DNA from: an uncultured Candidatus Saccharibacteria bacterium
Lineage (GTDB): Bacteria > Patescibacteriota > Minisyncoccia > Phycocordibacterales > EsbW-18
Assembly (NCBI GenBank): GCA_964478705.1
Contig: CAYZIR010000004.1
Coordinates: 2,905-66,904, forward strand
Direction: 5' to 3'
DNA: 64,000 nucleotides
Both the position numbers and the translations under genes were made by a program. The notes under the pieces were generated by a model, which was not told the origin of the DNA, searched no databases, and saw only the letters and a program-made list of their open reading frames with translations. Below are positions 28,958-39,267 of the stretch, one piece after another; within the stretch, counting starts at the first letter, position 1; each line of letters opens with the position of its first letter.

Positions 28958-30233
28958 GGAAATCATCTTGTTCCTCGACCCACGCCTTTTTTGAATGGAT
29001 AAAGTAAACGACGAAGATCATACGCACAATCTCGTTGATGAATGTCGAGAGGAGAATTCCCCAGATACCAAAAAGTGGAATGAACAAAAAGAGCGAGCCG
29101 ATTCGTATCGGCGCTCCCACGGTTTGGATTACGTAGAGTGCTTTTTTATTTTGCTGTGCGGTGAGTACTTGTTGATAAAGTGCGCCAGGTGCAAACAATA
29201 AGACTAATGAAAACACTTGAGAGTAGGGGACTGCTTCAAGATAATTTGGGAAGAGTAAAGTAAAAATTGTTGGTGCTAATGGAATATAGACAACAACGAT
29301 TGCAAGCATACCAAGAAACAAAATAAGACTTTTTCTTGGTAATGCGGTGCGTAAGTCATCATGGTTTCGTGTTGCGAATCGTGGGAATGCGAGTGATCCA
29401 ATTATTTTTTGCGTCTGACGAAGCTGTTGGGGGATACCGATCGCAAATGAATACAGTGCCAATTGTACTGAACCAAGATAGTGAAATGTGAGTATTTTAT
29501 CGAGCTGGAATGATGCAGTGCCGACAATATTCATGACACTTAAGTGTTTTGAGTATGTGCCAACGTTTTCATCTATAGGCCCTTCAGGTCGGTAGACACG
29601 CTTGGTCAAAATATATAACACAGATGTGACAAGCGTGTACGAGATAAAGTATGTTGCGACAATCACAATTGCATTATCGGTGTAGGTGAGTGCTAGCGCT
29701 ATTGTGGCAGCGGGGAGAATGTCGTAGAACATTCCGTAGCGTGTTCGTCGCCCAAAATCTTTTTTACCGAGCAAAAAGGCACTATATAAATTGAAACTTT
29801 TTAGGAGCGGTGTTGCAATGGCAGCAATGATGAGCGCCCATCCAAGAGTGCTGTTGTGATTACTGAAATAGTACGCTGAAACTATACAGAGACCAGCGGA
29901 TGCTATGAGCGACCACAGGAAAGCCATTCGGACACTACGTGAAAGTGTGCCGTCGAAGCCACGCGCAATAGACTGAGAAAGTGCCATATCCATGCCGGTG
30001 AGCGAGAAGGCGCTGACAACACCGACGATTGAGAAGATGTAACGATACTCACCGTATGCTTCACGAGGGAAAAGGTTCGCAAATGCAATCGATAAGAGAA
30101 AAGCTGCAAAAGACGTAACAGCTTGGCCAAGGCCAAGCCAGCTACCACCCTTTGCAAGGTACACCATATCGGTTTTTGTGAAGCGTTCACTCCAGCGGAG
30201 GATTCCAACCAGTCGAGATTTTATATTTCCCAT
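28908..30233 (-). CDS. polysaccharide flippase Wzx (MOP/PST family)
   Basis: About 12 TM helices, PST-family layout; start taken at MGNIKSRL. Confidence 0.65.
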   Translation of the reverse strand: MGNIKSRLVGILRWSERFTKTDMVYLAKGGSWLGLGQAVTSFAAFLLSIAFANLFPREAYGEYRYIFSIVGVVSAFSLTGMDMALSQSIARGFDGTLSRSVRMAFLWSLIASAGLCIVSAYYFSNHNSTLGWALIIAAIATPLLKSFNLYSAFLLGKKDFGRRTRYGMFYDILPAATIALALTYTDNAIVIVATYFISYTLVTSVLYILTKRVYRPEGPIDENVGTYSKHLSVMNIVGTASFQLDKILTFHYLGSVQLALYSFAIGIPQQLRQTQKIIGSLAFPRFATRNHDDLRTALPRKSLILFLGMLAIVVVYIPLAPTIFTLLFPNYLEAVPYSQVFSLVLLFAPGALYQQVLTAQQNKKALYVIQTVGAPIRIGSLFLFIPLFGIWGILLSTFINEIVRMIFVVYFIHSKKAWVEEQDDFLTDGDGTVSIDEKPLL

Positions 30234-30292
30234 GTGTGTCCAATAGTAGCGTAATTGAAGGCTCATGCGCTAGGTGCTATAGTCCTGTGCAT

Positions 30293-32467
30293 ATGATTCA
30301 AAAAACAGCGATGTGGGCGATTATCGGAGGGTTTTTTGCCACACTTCTCATCCCGTTTATCGTATCCGAATCGATGTTCTTTCCGTTCATAACAGGAAAA
30401 GGTTTTGCATTCCGTATTATTACGGAAATTATGCTTGCAGGATGGTTGATTCTTCTCCTCTACAATACGTCATACCGCCCGAAGCGCTCTCTCATTCTCA
30501 TTGCTGCATCGGTATTTACACTCGTGGTTGGTATAGCGGACGTCTTTGGTGTGAACATGGCGCGTAGCTTCTGGAGCAACTTCGAGCGTATGGAGGGGTA
30601 TGTGCTCATCCTCCACCTCATCGCATATGTAGTAGTTGTTGGGAGTGTCATAAAGACAGAAAAGATATGGAAGATCTTTTTGAACACATCAATCGTCGCG
30701 TCGCTCATTGTTTGTTTCAATGCATTTGGTGAACTTTCTTCTGGCATCGCTCGTGTTGATGCGACACTTGGCAATGCGACATATCTTGCGGTGTATCTTC
30801 TCTTCAATATCTTTATTGCTTTATTTCTTGCATATCGCGGAAGAGGGAACAAGGTGCTCTCGATTGCATATCTTGTTGCGATTGCAATTCAAACGATTGC
30901 CCTCTACCACACTGGTACGCGTGGTACGCTCCTTGGTCTTGCTGGTGGTCTGGGAATCGCAGCATTGATTGTTTTGGTTCGCGGTCACGCGCATCCAACA
31001 CTTCGTAAGTTTTCAGGAATTGCTATCGGTGTCGCTCTTGCACTGTCGATTGGGTTCTTCATGCTCCGCGATGCACCGTTTGTAAAAGAAAGTACAACAC
31101 TTTCTCGTATCGCAAATATTTCTTTGCAAGAAGCGACAGTGCAATCACGTTTTGTATTGTGGACACGTATTGGGTGGGATGGATTCAAAGAACGACCACT
31201 GCTCGGATGGGGTCAGGATAATTTCATCGTCGCATTTGGGAAATACTATGATCCAATCATGTATAAACAAGAACCATGGTTTGATCGCGCACACAATGTG
31301 TTTATGGATTGGCTGATTGCGGGCGGTATTGTGGGTCTCTTGAGCTACCTCTTTCTTTTTGGCGCTGGAGTGTATCTGTTATGGAAGACATCATGGTCGC
31401 TTCCTGAAAAGGCTTTGCTGACTGGGCTTTTCACAGCGTACGCTATCCATAATTTCTTTGTGTTCGACAACCTCATCAGCTACTTCTACTTCTTCACTAT
31501 TCTCGCGTATCTTCATGTTCATTCGACAACGCGTATCGGCGACGAGAATGTGCCATCTATTACGAACGTTCAGATTCGTGGAGCCTTCAGTGTTGGCATC
31601 ATCATCGCTCTTGTATGTGGTATCGCATTTTTGAACAGTCCCTACATTGCCCGATCACACGATCTCATCGAGAGCATTACACTTGATTATCAAAAAGCTG
31701 ATACACAAACAGTACTCACGGCGTTTACGGGAGCACTCGGAAATGGAACTGGACTCGGTGCGGATGAAGTACGTGAGCAACTGATGCAAAGTGCAATTCG
31801 TGCATTCAGTGCGTCATCGACAGCAGAAGGAACGCGAGCATTGGTTGAGCGTGCCGAGCATGAGTGGGGAAAGAGAGTGACCGAGGAGCCAGCAAATACG
31901 CGCTCACTCTATTTCCTCGGCCGACTTCTCACACAAACCGATCAAGAAGACGAAGGTGTCGCCGTCTTTGAACAAGCGCTCGCTATCAACAGGGGACGAC
32001 AAATTTTCTGGTATGAAATTGGTCAGTCGTATCTTGATCAAAAGAAATACACGGAAGCAACGGATGCCTTTAAGTCTGCATACGATGCCGAACAAGAGAA
32101 TGGAAAAGCGTTCGCATACTATGCGGCAACAATTATGCACAGCGGTAAGTTTGCAGAAGGAGAGCGACTCTTGATGGAAAAGTTCGGAACAACAACTGTT
32201 GATAATGAATTATTGTTTCAGGCATACGAGCGATTTGGACGTAATGATAAGATTGCTGAGATTTTCGAGCTCCGTCTCCATGAACTCGAACCAAACGATG
32301 ACGCATCTCTCCGTGTTTCATTGGCGCTTGTCTACAATACACTCGGACGTACCGCTGATGCGATTGCGCAACTTGAACGCGCCGGTGTCCTTCGCCCAGA
32401 CTTTAAAGCACAAGCTGATGACATGATACGAGCAATACAAGCAGGTAAGAAAATCATCATAAAATAA
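30293..32467 (+). CDS. O-antigen ligase / Wzy_C-family polymerase with C-terminal TPR repeats
   Basis: 10-12 TM helices with a large periplasmic loop, then a soluble TPR-like C-terminal third (YFLGRLL..., AYDAEQENGKAFAYYA...). Confidence 0.65.
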   Translation: MIQKTAMWAIIGGFFATLLIPFIVSESMFFPFITGKGFAFRIITEIMLAGWLILLLYNTSYRPKRSLILIAASVFTLVVGIADVFGVNMARSFWSNFERMEGYVLILHLIAYVVVVGSVIKTEKIWKIFLNTSIVASLIVCFNAFGELSSGIARVDATLGNATYLAVYLLFNIFIALFLAYRGRGNKVLSIAYLVAIAIQTIALYHTGTRGTLLGLAGGLGIAALIVLVRGHAHPTLRKFSGIAIGVALALSIGFFMLRDAPFVKESTTLSRIANISLQEATVQSRFVLWTRIGWDGFKERPLLGWGQDNFIVAFGKYYDPIMYKQEPWFDRAHNVFMDWLIAGGIVGLLSYLFLFGAGVYLLWKTSWSLPEKALLTGLFTAYAIHNFFVFDNLISYFYFFTILAYLHVHSTTRIGDENVPSITNVQIRGAFSVGIIIALVCGIAFLNSPYIARSHDLIESITLDYQKADTQTVLTAFTGALGNGTGLGADEVREQLMQSAIRAFSASSTAEGTRALVERAEHEWGKRVTEEPANTRSLYFLGRLLTQTDQEDEGVAVFEQALAINRGRQIFWYEIGQSYLDQKKYTEATDAFKSAYDAEQENGKAFAYYAATIMHSGKFAEGERLLMEKFGTTTVDNELLFQAYERFGRNDKIAEIFELRLHELEPNDDASLRVSLALVYNTLGRTADAIAQLERAGVLRPDFKAQADDMIRAIQAGKKIIIK

Positions 32468-32582
32468 GCCCTCAAATCTAGGATACGTATCAGACTTGCA
32501 TTACTGATTAAAGTATGATAGTATACCCATGTGAGTGCGGAATACGTGCAAACGTTTCTGCTATATAGATGTTCTACGAAAG

Positions 32583-32610
32583 TTCCCCTTCGGGGGAATT
32601 TTCGTTTCTC
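32583..32610 (+). terminator. rho-independent terminator (ttcccc-ttcg-ggggaa + T-rich)
   Basis: Read directly. Confidence 0.6.
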
Positions 32611-32693
32611 CTACTTCGCAAACGTTTTCCCCAAAACTCTTGTAAAAATGTGGTGCAAATGAAAATGCGCGTTATACTGAAGTGTTGAACTAT

Positions 32694-35600
32694 ATGCCGT
32701 ACTTCATGCGTTCGAAACGGGTATTTTTTGTGGTATTCCTATGTCTTACGGGCTTCTTTTCAGTGTCGCATAGTGCCGAAGCAACATCATATGGTTTGCC
32801 ACAATCTGTCAATAGCACCCTCTCCGAACTTCGATCCGTTACGTATGATTTTGTCGACACTATTGGCCTCGCCATTGTGGTTCTTCATGATGGTGCACGA
32901 GCATCAAATCCAATACCATTTTTTCTTAGCATCGGTAACAGTACGAGCAATATACTCGCTCACTCATTCGTTGCTATTAACGTTGGTGTAATACATGCGG
33001 GCACAAACTTTTTTAACGAAGCAGAATCCGTTGCAGAGAAACTCGAAGAAGGACTCGCAGTACTCGCGGATGCGTTCATCACCACAAGCACACTAACGAA
33101 TACAGTTGCGTACGACTTCGGGCGCTCTCTTGGTGCAGGATTTACTCACATCGGTCGAGTGCCACACTTTATTTTTGATACAGGTCTTGCTACATACACC
33201 CGAAGCGTTGTGTTTCTTGAGACAATGCACGTGCCACCACTGTATGCGGGGTCAAAAACATATATTACTCATGCGCGCATATGGTTGCGGGACTACGGAG
33301 CATCATTCAAACTTCGCCCTACGAGCGATATAGCAATAACGAAACGTGCGTCCGCACCTGTCGTAGACATCGATCTCTCAGCACAGCTCGCTGCGGTGAA
33401 TTCTGTAGATGGTATTACGTTGTTTGTTGATCGTGCGATTGTGTCCGTACAGTCATGGTTTCGAAAACTTTTTCCTGAGGAGAGCAATACTCCCGTTTTC
33501 GAAGAGAATAGTACGCCATCACAATCTCCAATAGTGGAGGAGATCAAGAGTCCTCTCCAGCCACAAATTGTAGGCGCAACTCCTACGTATGTTGATCGCT
33601 CTCAAATAATTTACACAGGGGGAGGAATCTCCGCATTTGAACTTGCAGTAGCAATCAACGGTTTGCGTTCTGAATTGCAACCACGTATTGAGCTCGCGAT
33701 GCAACGTCCCCGAAGTAACTCAAACAGTCCTCGTAGTAGCGATGACGATGATGTTGATCTTTCTGGATATCTTGCACTTACGGGCGGTACGTTGACGGGT
33801 GCTCTTGGTGGTACCGATGCAACATTTTCCGATGATCTCACGGCGGCAACGCTTGTAATCACGGGTTCAACAACCCTCAACGGCGTCGAATATCTCTTCC
33901 CATCAACCGACGGTACTGACAACTACGTTTTGACAACCGATGGTAATGGGGCACTCACCTGGGAAGCAGCTGCGGCTGGCGGTATCACATCACTCGGTGG
34001 TCTCTCGGGTGCATCACAGACGTTCGCGTCATCATCCGACACAAATATCGGAATCACGATTGTCTCATCGGGCACAACACACACCCTCACGCCATCATGG
34101 ATTGGCACGCTTGCTGCGGGACGTGGTGGTACGGGTACAAGCACGGTGAATGCCAATGAGCTTTTGATCGGAAACGCAGGCGGAACCGCGTGGACCACGA
34201 TTGCAACGTCATCGTTGGGCATCGTCTCTGACCACGGTGGTCTCACAGGACTCTCCGATGACGATCACACGCAGTATGCGCTCCTTGCGGGACGCTCTGG
34301 TGGGCAGACGCTCGTTGGTGGCACAGGTGCAAGCGAGAGTCTTACGTTCAATTCAACATCACACGGAACAAAAGGACGTTTCAAGTTCGTTGGTAGTGGT
34401 GTTAATGGATCCCTATCCATCACGGACTCAAGTGGTGCCGCACAATTTAACTTTTTTTCTGATGACTCTGGTAATAATGGAGCAAAGATACGCGCAAACC
34501 AATTTGTGGCGACAAACGGTACATTTTTCCTTGCTGAAGATTTCGCAACATTTCGAATGTCGTCGGCCGGATCCATCACGTTTGCAAGTGGGGTAAGTGC
34601 TACTGATAACGCGGCTGATATCGGTCTTGCACGTTCGGCTGCTGGAATTCTTCGTGTGAGTGATGGAGGCACGGGAGGAGGAGCGCTTCTTGCGAATTAT
34701 TTTAGTGCAACCTCAACAACAGCAACGTCGACATTTGCGGGGGTTCTCCACCCAACAGGAATATTTGCGGATACTTCAGGAAGTGGTGGTGTCTCCGGCC
34801 AGCTTCTTCAATCAACCGGTACCGGGCTCTCATGGGTTGCGACAACATCATTAGGATTCGGAAATGTGGTGGGCCCCGCTTCAGCAACGGACAACGCAAT
34901 CGCACGTTTTGATCTCACGACAGGGAAGATTATTCAGAACAGCGGTATAACAATCGAAGACACTAACCGTGTCGGTCTTGCGTCGAACGTCTTTATCTCA
35001 GGAGAAGGAAACAACTTTCAGACATTTAGTGATAGTAGCGCAACGGGATATGCCAGCATGCGTACCGGAGATTCGCGTTTCCATTTGTATAGCACCACGG
35101 GGACGGTCCGTTTTGCGCTTCTCCCAAGCACAGACCAGTTTCAGATAGGAAACAATTCGGCCATCACTTGGAGCGCCAACGCAACCGATCCCGGAACCGG
35201 AATCGACGTTGGACTGGTCCGCGACTCTGCGGGCGTCCTTCGTATCAGTGATGGCGCTACGGGTGGTGGCGCACTTCTCGCAAACTATTTCACTGCAACC
35301 TCAACGACGGCAACATCAACGTTTGCTGGAGGACTCTCTGTGGCTGGCTCAGGCGGCCTCAATGTGCTCCAAAACGGAAGAGTGGGAATTGGTAATGCTG
35401 CTCCGATTGCTTCTTTGAGTGTTGGATCATCGAATGCGTTTATAAGTCTTGCTAACAGTGACGTCTCTTCTGGCTCATGGATTCGCAATGATGGAAGCAA
35501 CACAGTATTTTCGGCTAATAATGGAAGTATGTTTATTGGGTTTAGTGGAGACACAGGAAAAACGATTCACATTGGTAACGCTAATCCAGGTGTTCTTCAG

Positions 35601-37142
35601 GTTGTTGGAAGTGCGCCTGTCAGCTCACTTGTCGTTGCTTCGTCAGGGAAAGTCGGTATGAGCACCACAACACCAGGATATACTCTCACTGTTGCAGGAG
35701 ACGCGATGCTCACGGGGGCTCTTTATGACAACACGTATTCCGCAGGTTCTTCTGGCATGGTTCTTCAATCAACCGGTACAGGACTCTCATGGGTTGCGAC
35801 ATCGTCGTTAGGTATCAGTGGGGGTTCGTCCGAATGGACCGATGGCGGAGTCTTTGATTATGATCTCGAGGAGGTGTACGTGGGCACCTCGACGCAGGTC
35901 GCCGAGAGGCCACTTTTCTTTGTCGGCACATCAACAGCGGCATTCTCTATCGCAAGTACGACCGGAAATACTATTCTTGGTAGCGATCGCCAATTGTGGA
36001 TGGAAAAGACAGGAGACGTTACATGGAAAGTCAGGAATGCCGGTTCGACACGTCTTATTTTTAACGGTGTCTTCGACCGATTCCTGATTGATGGAAACAC
36101 GGGCGGTTCAACGGTTGCCTCCGGAGGATTTTATTCATGGTCGGACAATGGGTTCGATCTCACAACACCGGATACGTTCCTGTTTCGTGACGGTACCGCG
36201 GGTGTTCTTGGTGTGCGGTCGGGGGGTACCAACCACGGACTCCGACTCTATGGGACGGGCAATACCAGTGACTATGAACGTCTTGGTTTGAATACAAGCG
36301 CGACGAATAATTATGTACAGCTTGCTGCAGAGACAGCGGGTACGGGCGATGACAATTTGAGTATCCTTCTCACGCCTGCAGGAACAGGCAATGTTGGTAT
36401 TGCTACGACGACGCCTGGCTACAAGCTCACGGTTACAGGAACTGTTGCTTTTGATGGTTTGACCACAGGATCGGGCGACGCAGTGTGTATTGATACCGTC
36501 ACAAAAGAAATTCAGTACAACTCCGGTGCCGACACCTGTTTGGCATCATCGATCCGCTTTAAGCATGACGTGAAGAATTTGGCTCTCGGACTCTCGGATC
36601 TCCGTGAACTCCGCGCGGTCTCTTATAAAGAAAATGCAACTGGTGAAGAACGCATTGGTTTCATTGCTGAAGAAGTCGAAGACGTCGATAATCGTTTGAT
36701 GTTCTATGAACAAGACGGAGACACGCCGCGCGGTGTGCGGTACGAAGATATCGTTGCGTTGGTAGTGAAGAGTGTCCAAGAGCTTGCTGATCGCCTCGAT
36801 GCAATTGAGGCGCAACTTGCAGCGGCGGGTCAGGGTGTCGGGAATTTCATTGATCTGATTGTTGAAAAGATCACAGCGGACGAAGTACAAACAGAGAAGC
36901 TCTGTATCGGTGAGACGTGTGTAACGGAAACCCAACTGAAAGACCTTCTGGATGATGCTGACGTCGAAACGTCAGTCGACGAACCAGAAGATCCGCCGGT
37001 AGAGGAAGAAGAACCACCCGTCGAATCGGAAGAACCATCGGTTGAGCCAGAAGACCCGCCAGCTGAAGATTCGGAGGAGGAAGAGTCGCCAGTCGTTGAT
37101 GAACCGATACCAGAGTCACCAGAAGAAACACCTATCGAATAA
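32694..37142 (+). CDS. giant secreted tail-fibre-like surface protein with C-terminal peptidase S74 (endosialidase-chaperone) intramolecular chaperone domain and an acidic E/P-rich tail
   Basis: Signal peptide; long Gly/Thr/Ser-rich beta-repeat body with internal duplications; C-terminal SSIRFKHDVKNL...LRAVSYKEN...RIGFIAEEVEDV...RGVRYEDIVALVVKSVQELADRLDAIE matches the S74 motif; tail EDPPVEEEEPPVESEEPSVEPEDPPAED. Confidence 0.7.
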   Translation: MPYFMRSKRVFFVVFLCLTGFFSVSHSAEATSYGLPQSVNSTLSELRSVTYDFVDTIGLAIVVLHDGARASNPIPFFLSIGNSTSNILAHSFVAINVGVIHAGTNFFNEAESVAEKLEEGLAVLADAFITTSTLTNTVAYDFGRSLGAGFTHIGRVPHFIFDTGLATYTRSVVFLETMHVPPLYAGSKTYITHARIWLRDYGASFKLRPTSDIAITKRASAPVVDIDLSAQLAAVNSVDGITLFVDRAIVSVQSWFRKLFPEESNTPVFEENSTPSQSPIVEEIKSPLQPQIVGATPTYVDRSQIIYTGGGISAFELAVAINGLRSELQPRIELAMQRPRSNSNSPRSSDDDDVDLSGYLALTGGTLTGALGGTDATFSDDLTAATLVITGSTTLNGVEYLFPSTDGTDNYVLTTDGNGALTWEAAAAGGITSLGGLSGASQTFASSSDTNIGITIVSSGTTHTLTPSWIGTLAAGRGGTGTSTVNANELLIGNAGGTAWTTIATSSLGIVSDHGGLTGLSDDDHTQYALLAGRSGGQTLVGGTGASESLTFNSTSHGTKGRFKFVGSGVNGSLSITDSSGAAQFNFFSDDSGNNGAKIRANQFVATNGTFFLAEDFATFRMSSAGSITFASGVSATDNAADIGLARSAAGILRVSDGGTGGGALLANYFSATSTTATSTFAGVLHPTGIFADTSGSGGVSGQLLQSTGTGLSWVATTSLGFGNVVGPASATDNAIARFDLTTGKIIQNSGITIEDTNRVGLASNVFISGEGNNFQTFSDSSATGYASMRTGDSRFHLYSTTGTVRFALLPSTDQFQIGNNSAITWSANATDPGTGIDVGLVRDSAGVLRISDGATGGGALLANYFTATSTTATSTFAGGLSVAGSGGLNVLQNGRVGIGNAAPIASLSVGSSNAFISLANSDVSSGSWIRNDGSNTVFSANNGSMFIGFSGDTGKTIHIGNANPGVLQVVGSAPVSSLVVASSGKVGMSTTTPGYTLTVAGDAMLTGALYDNTYSAGSSGMVLQSTGTGLSWVATSSLGISGGSSEWTDGGVFDYDLEEVYVGTSTQVAERPLFFVGTSTAAFSIASTTGNTILGSDRQLWMEKTGDVTWKVRNAGSTRLIFNGVFDRFLIDGNTGGSTVASGGFYSWSDNGFDLTTPDTFLFRDGTAGVLGVRSGGTNHGLRLYGTGNTSDYERLGLNTSATNNYVQLAAETAGTGDDNLSILLTPAGTGNVGIATTTPGYKLTVTGTVAFDGLTTGSGDAVCIDTVTKEIQYNSGADTCLASSIRFKHDVKNLALGLSDLRELRAVSYKENATGEERIGFIAEEVEDVDNRLMFYEQDGDTPRGVRYEDIVALVVKSVQELADRLDAIEAQLAAAGQGVGNFIDLIVEKITADEVQTEKLCIGETCVTETQLKDLLDDADVETSVDEPEDPPVEEEEPPVESEEPSVEPEDPPAEDSEEEESPVVDEPIPESPEETPIE

Positions 37143-37162
37143 AATGTAATACCATCATCACT

Positions 37163-37540
37163 ATGATTCAAAAACTTGCAGGAACCATATTCATTATCAT
37201 CTGTCTCTTCGTTATCGGTGTTGTGGGTAAAATCGGATACGATCTGTTTGGTCCCGACAGTGGATATTCAGCAGTGCTTCTTACGACAGGAGATGTATAC
37301 TTCGCCAAGATTTCTCCGTCGTTCGGGCACTATGTGACTCTTCGTGATGTCTACTATCCTCAAATTGCAGAAGAGAGTCCTCAGACAGATATTCGTCTTG
37401 CAAAACTTGGTTCAGAGATTCATGGTCCGAAAACTCGAATGAAGATCAATCGTGACCATATTATTATGGTTCAGCCACTTCGCGTTGATTCTGAAGTCAT
37501 TAAGACAATTGAGGCATCTAAACTTGAAATACAGGAGTAG
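37163..37540 (+). CDS. hypothetical small membrane-anchored protein, 20 nt downstream of the S74 protein
   Basis: N-terminal TM helix IFIIICLFVIGVVG; no known domain. Confidence 0.45.
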   Translation: MIQKLAGTIFIIICLFVIGVVGKIGYDLFGPDSGYSAVLLTTGDVYFAKISPSFGHYVTLRDVYYPQIAEESPQTDIRLAKLGSEIHGPKTRMKINRDHIIMVQPLRVDSEVIKTIEASKLEIQE

Positions 37541-37661
37541 ATTGCAGGGTAGAAAAGTTTGTATACAATTGAGATGCACAGTATGAATCCTTTCTGTGCA
37601 CGACCGGCGGCTGCACTCACATAGAACATATAGTTTGGAGCCTTGCACCTGCCGGTCATGC

Positions 37662-38702
37662 ATGGATGGGAATCAAAACAAGAAGATTGTGCCCTCTGTG
37701 TTACTCAGCAATCTCACAACACTACGCGTCGGAGGCTCGGCGCGTTTTGTGTATCGAGTGGAATCAGAGGAAGATTTACGAGACTGTGCAACATTCATTC
37801 GTACGCAAGAGCTTCCATGGAGAGTAATAGGCGGAGGCTCAAATCTACTCATTCCCGATGAAGGGTTTGATGGGTGTATCGTCCGTATGAAAATTATGGG
37901 AAAAGAAATCATATACGAAGATACTCTCAGTATTCTTATAAAAGTTTCTGCAGGCGAATCGTGGGATGCATTTGTTGCGTACGCGGTCACACAGGGATGG
38001 TGGGGGATAGAAAACCTTTCTGGTATTCCTGGCAGTGTTGGCGCAACGCCAATACAAAATGTCGGTGCGTACGGTGTAGAAGCAGGGGATGTTATTGAGT
38101 CGATTGAAACATTTCACATTGAGACAGGTAAAACGAGAGTGTTCTCTAACGAAGAGTGTGCGTTTGGGTATCGCAATAGCTTTTTTAAATCGAAAGAAGG
38201 AAAGAATTATATTGTGACATCGGTTCTCTTTCGTCTTATAAAAAATGGTACACCAAAAATCGACTATAAAGATCTTGCAAACATATTTGTCGTCCAGACA
38301 AAAACACCAATGCTTACAGAAATCCGCGATACTATACTTTCAATTCGAAAAGAAAAGTTTCCTGATATATCGATGGTTGGAACTGCGGGTTCTTTTTTCA
38401 AGAATCTTATTGTCGACGAAGAGAAGTACAAGGAGCTGGAAACGTTATTCCCAGGCGTTCCTTCCTATCCCATGAGCGATCATCGGCGAAAAATTCCTCT
38501 CGCATGGATTTTAGACAATATACTGCATCTTAATGGATATTCTTTGGGGAAGGTGAGCCTTTTTGAGCGCCAGCCATTGGTGTTAGTAGCAAAATCTGGC
38601 GCAACAGCAAAAGAAATTGATGCGTTCGCGCGCTCTATTGAAACGATGGTGTTTGAGAAAACAGGAATCATGTGTGAACGTGAAGTCCAAACACTTATAT
38701 AG
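37662..38702 (+). CDS. murB: UDP-N-acetylenolpyruvoylglucosamine reductase MurB
   Basis: FAD-binding N-domain LTTLRVGGSA...VIGGGSNLL and C-terminal MurB domain; start at MDGNQNKK. Confidence 0.85.
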   Translation: MDGNQNKKIVPSVLLSNLTTLRVGGSARFVYRVESEEDLRDCATFIRTQELPWRVIGGGSNLLIPDEGFDGCIVRMKIMGKEIIYEDTLSILIKVSAGESWDAFVAYAVTQGWWGIENLSGIPGSVGATPIQNVGAYGVEAGDVIESIETFHIETGKTRVFSNEECAFGYRNSFFKSKEGKNYIVTSVLFRLIKNGTPKIDYKDLANIFVVQTKTPMLTEIRDTILSIRKEKFPDISMVGTAGSFFKNLIVDEEKYKELETLFPGVPSYPMSDHRRKIPLAWILDNILHLNGYSLGKVSLFERQPLVLVAKSGATAKEIDAFARSIETMVFEKTGIMCEREVQTLI

Positions 38703-39151
38703 TTCTTTTCTCACTTCACTTTATTTCTGCATCTGGTATTCATCGTAAAAGTGAGCGCTTGTTTTTGAAATGACTGGTGTTTTGTATTTTCACAGGAGTG
38801 AGTCGAATGTTTTCAAAAAACCTCTGTAGGGTATTTTATTTCTAGTTTTTCTACGCCCCCTGTATTTACCTTAAAAGCGAACATTTATTTTTGAAATGAC
38901 TTGCGAGCGCGACTGGCGCGAGTACGAGGAAAAACACAACAGTGTTTTATCCGTGTATTTCAAAAATAATGTGAGTGGCACTTATCCACACATTCGTGTT
39001 TTTTATGTTGTGTTCGCGTGCGCAGTGCACGATAATTTTAGATGTACACATGTGGCCATGCGTTCATGCAATTGTATGACGCGCATGCGACCGGTCGAAA
39101 TTACAAAAACAATTCGTGCATGATGTGAAAACATCATCTACCATCACTACT

Positions 39152-39253
39152 ATGGCAGCAAAGAAGAAAGCAGCTCGCAAGCCAGCAAAGCGTCGAACTG
39201 CAAAGAAGGCAACGAAGAAGACTGCGAAGAAGAGCAAGCGCTCACGACGCTAG
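39152..39253 (+). CDS. unlisted 33-aa Lys/Ala-rich highly basic peptide (histone-H1-tail-like)
   Basis: ATG..TAG frame MAAKKKAARKPAKRRTAKKATKKTAKKSKRSRR; followed by its own terminator; too short for the ORF track. Confidence 0.45.
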   Translation: MAAKKKAARKPAKRRTAKKATKKTAKKSKRSRR

Positions 39254-39267
39254 TCAACTTTGTCCCA

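Noticed and set aside
37412-37663. 83-aa and 62-aa minus-strand ORFs between the small membrane protein and murB
   Set aside because: Overlap the 3' end of 37163-37540 and the murB leader; Cys-rich junk-like sequence.
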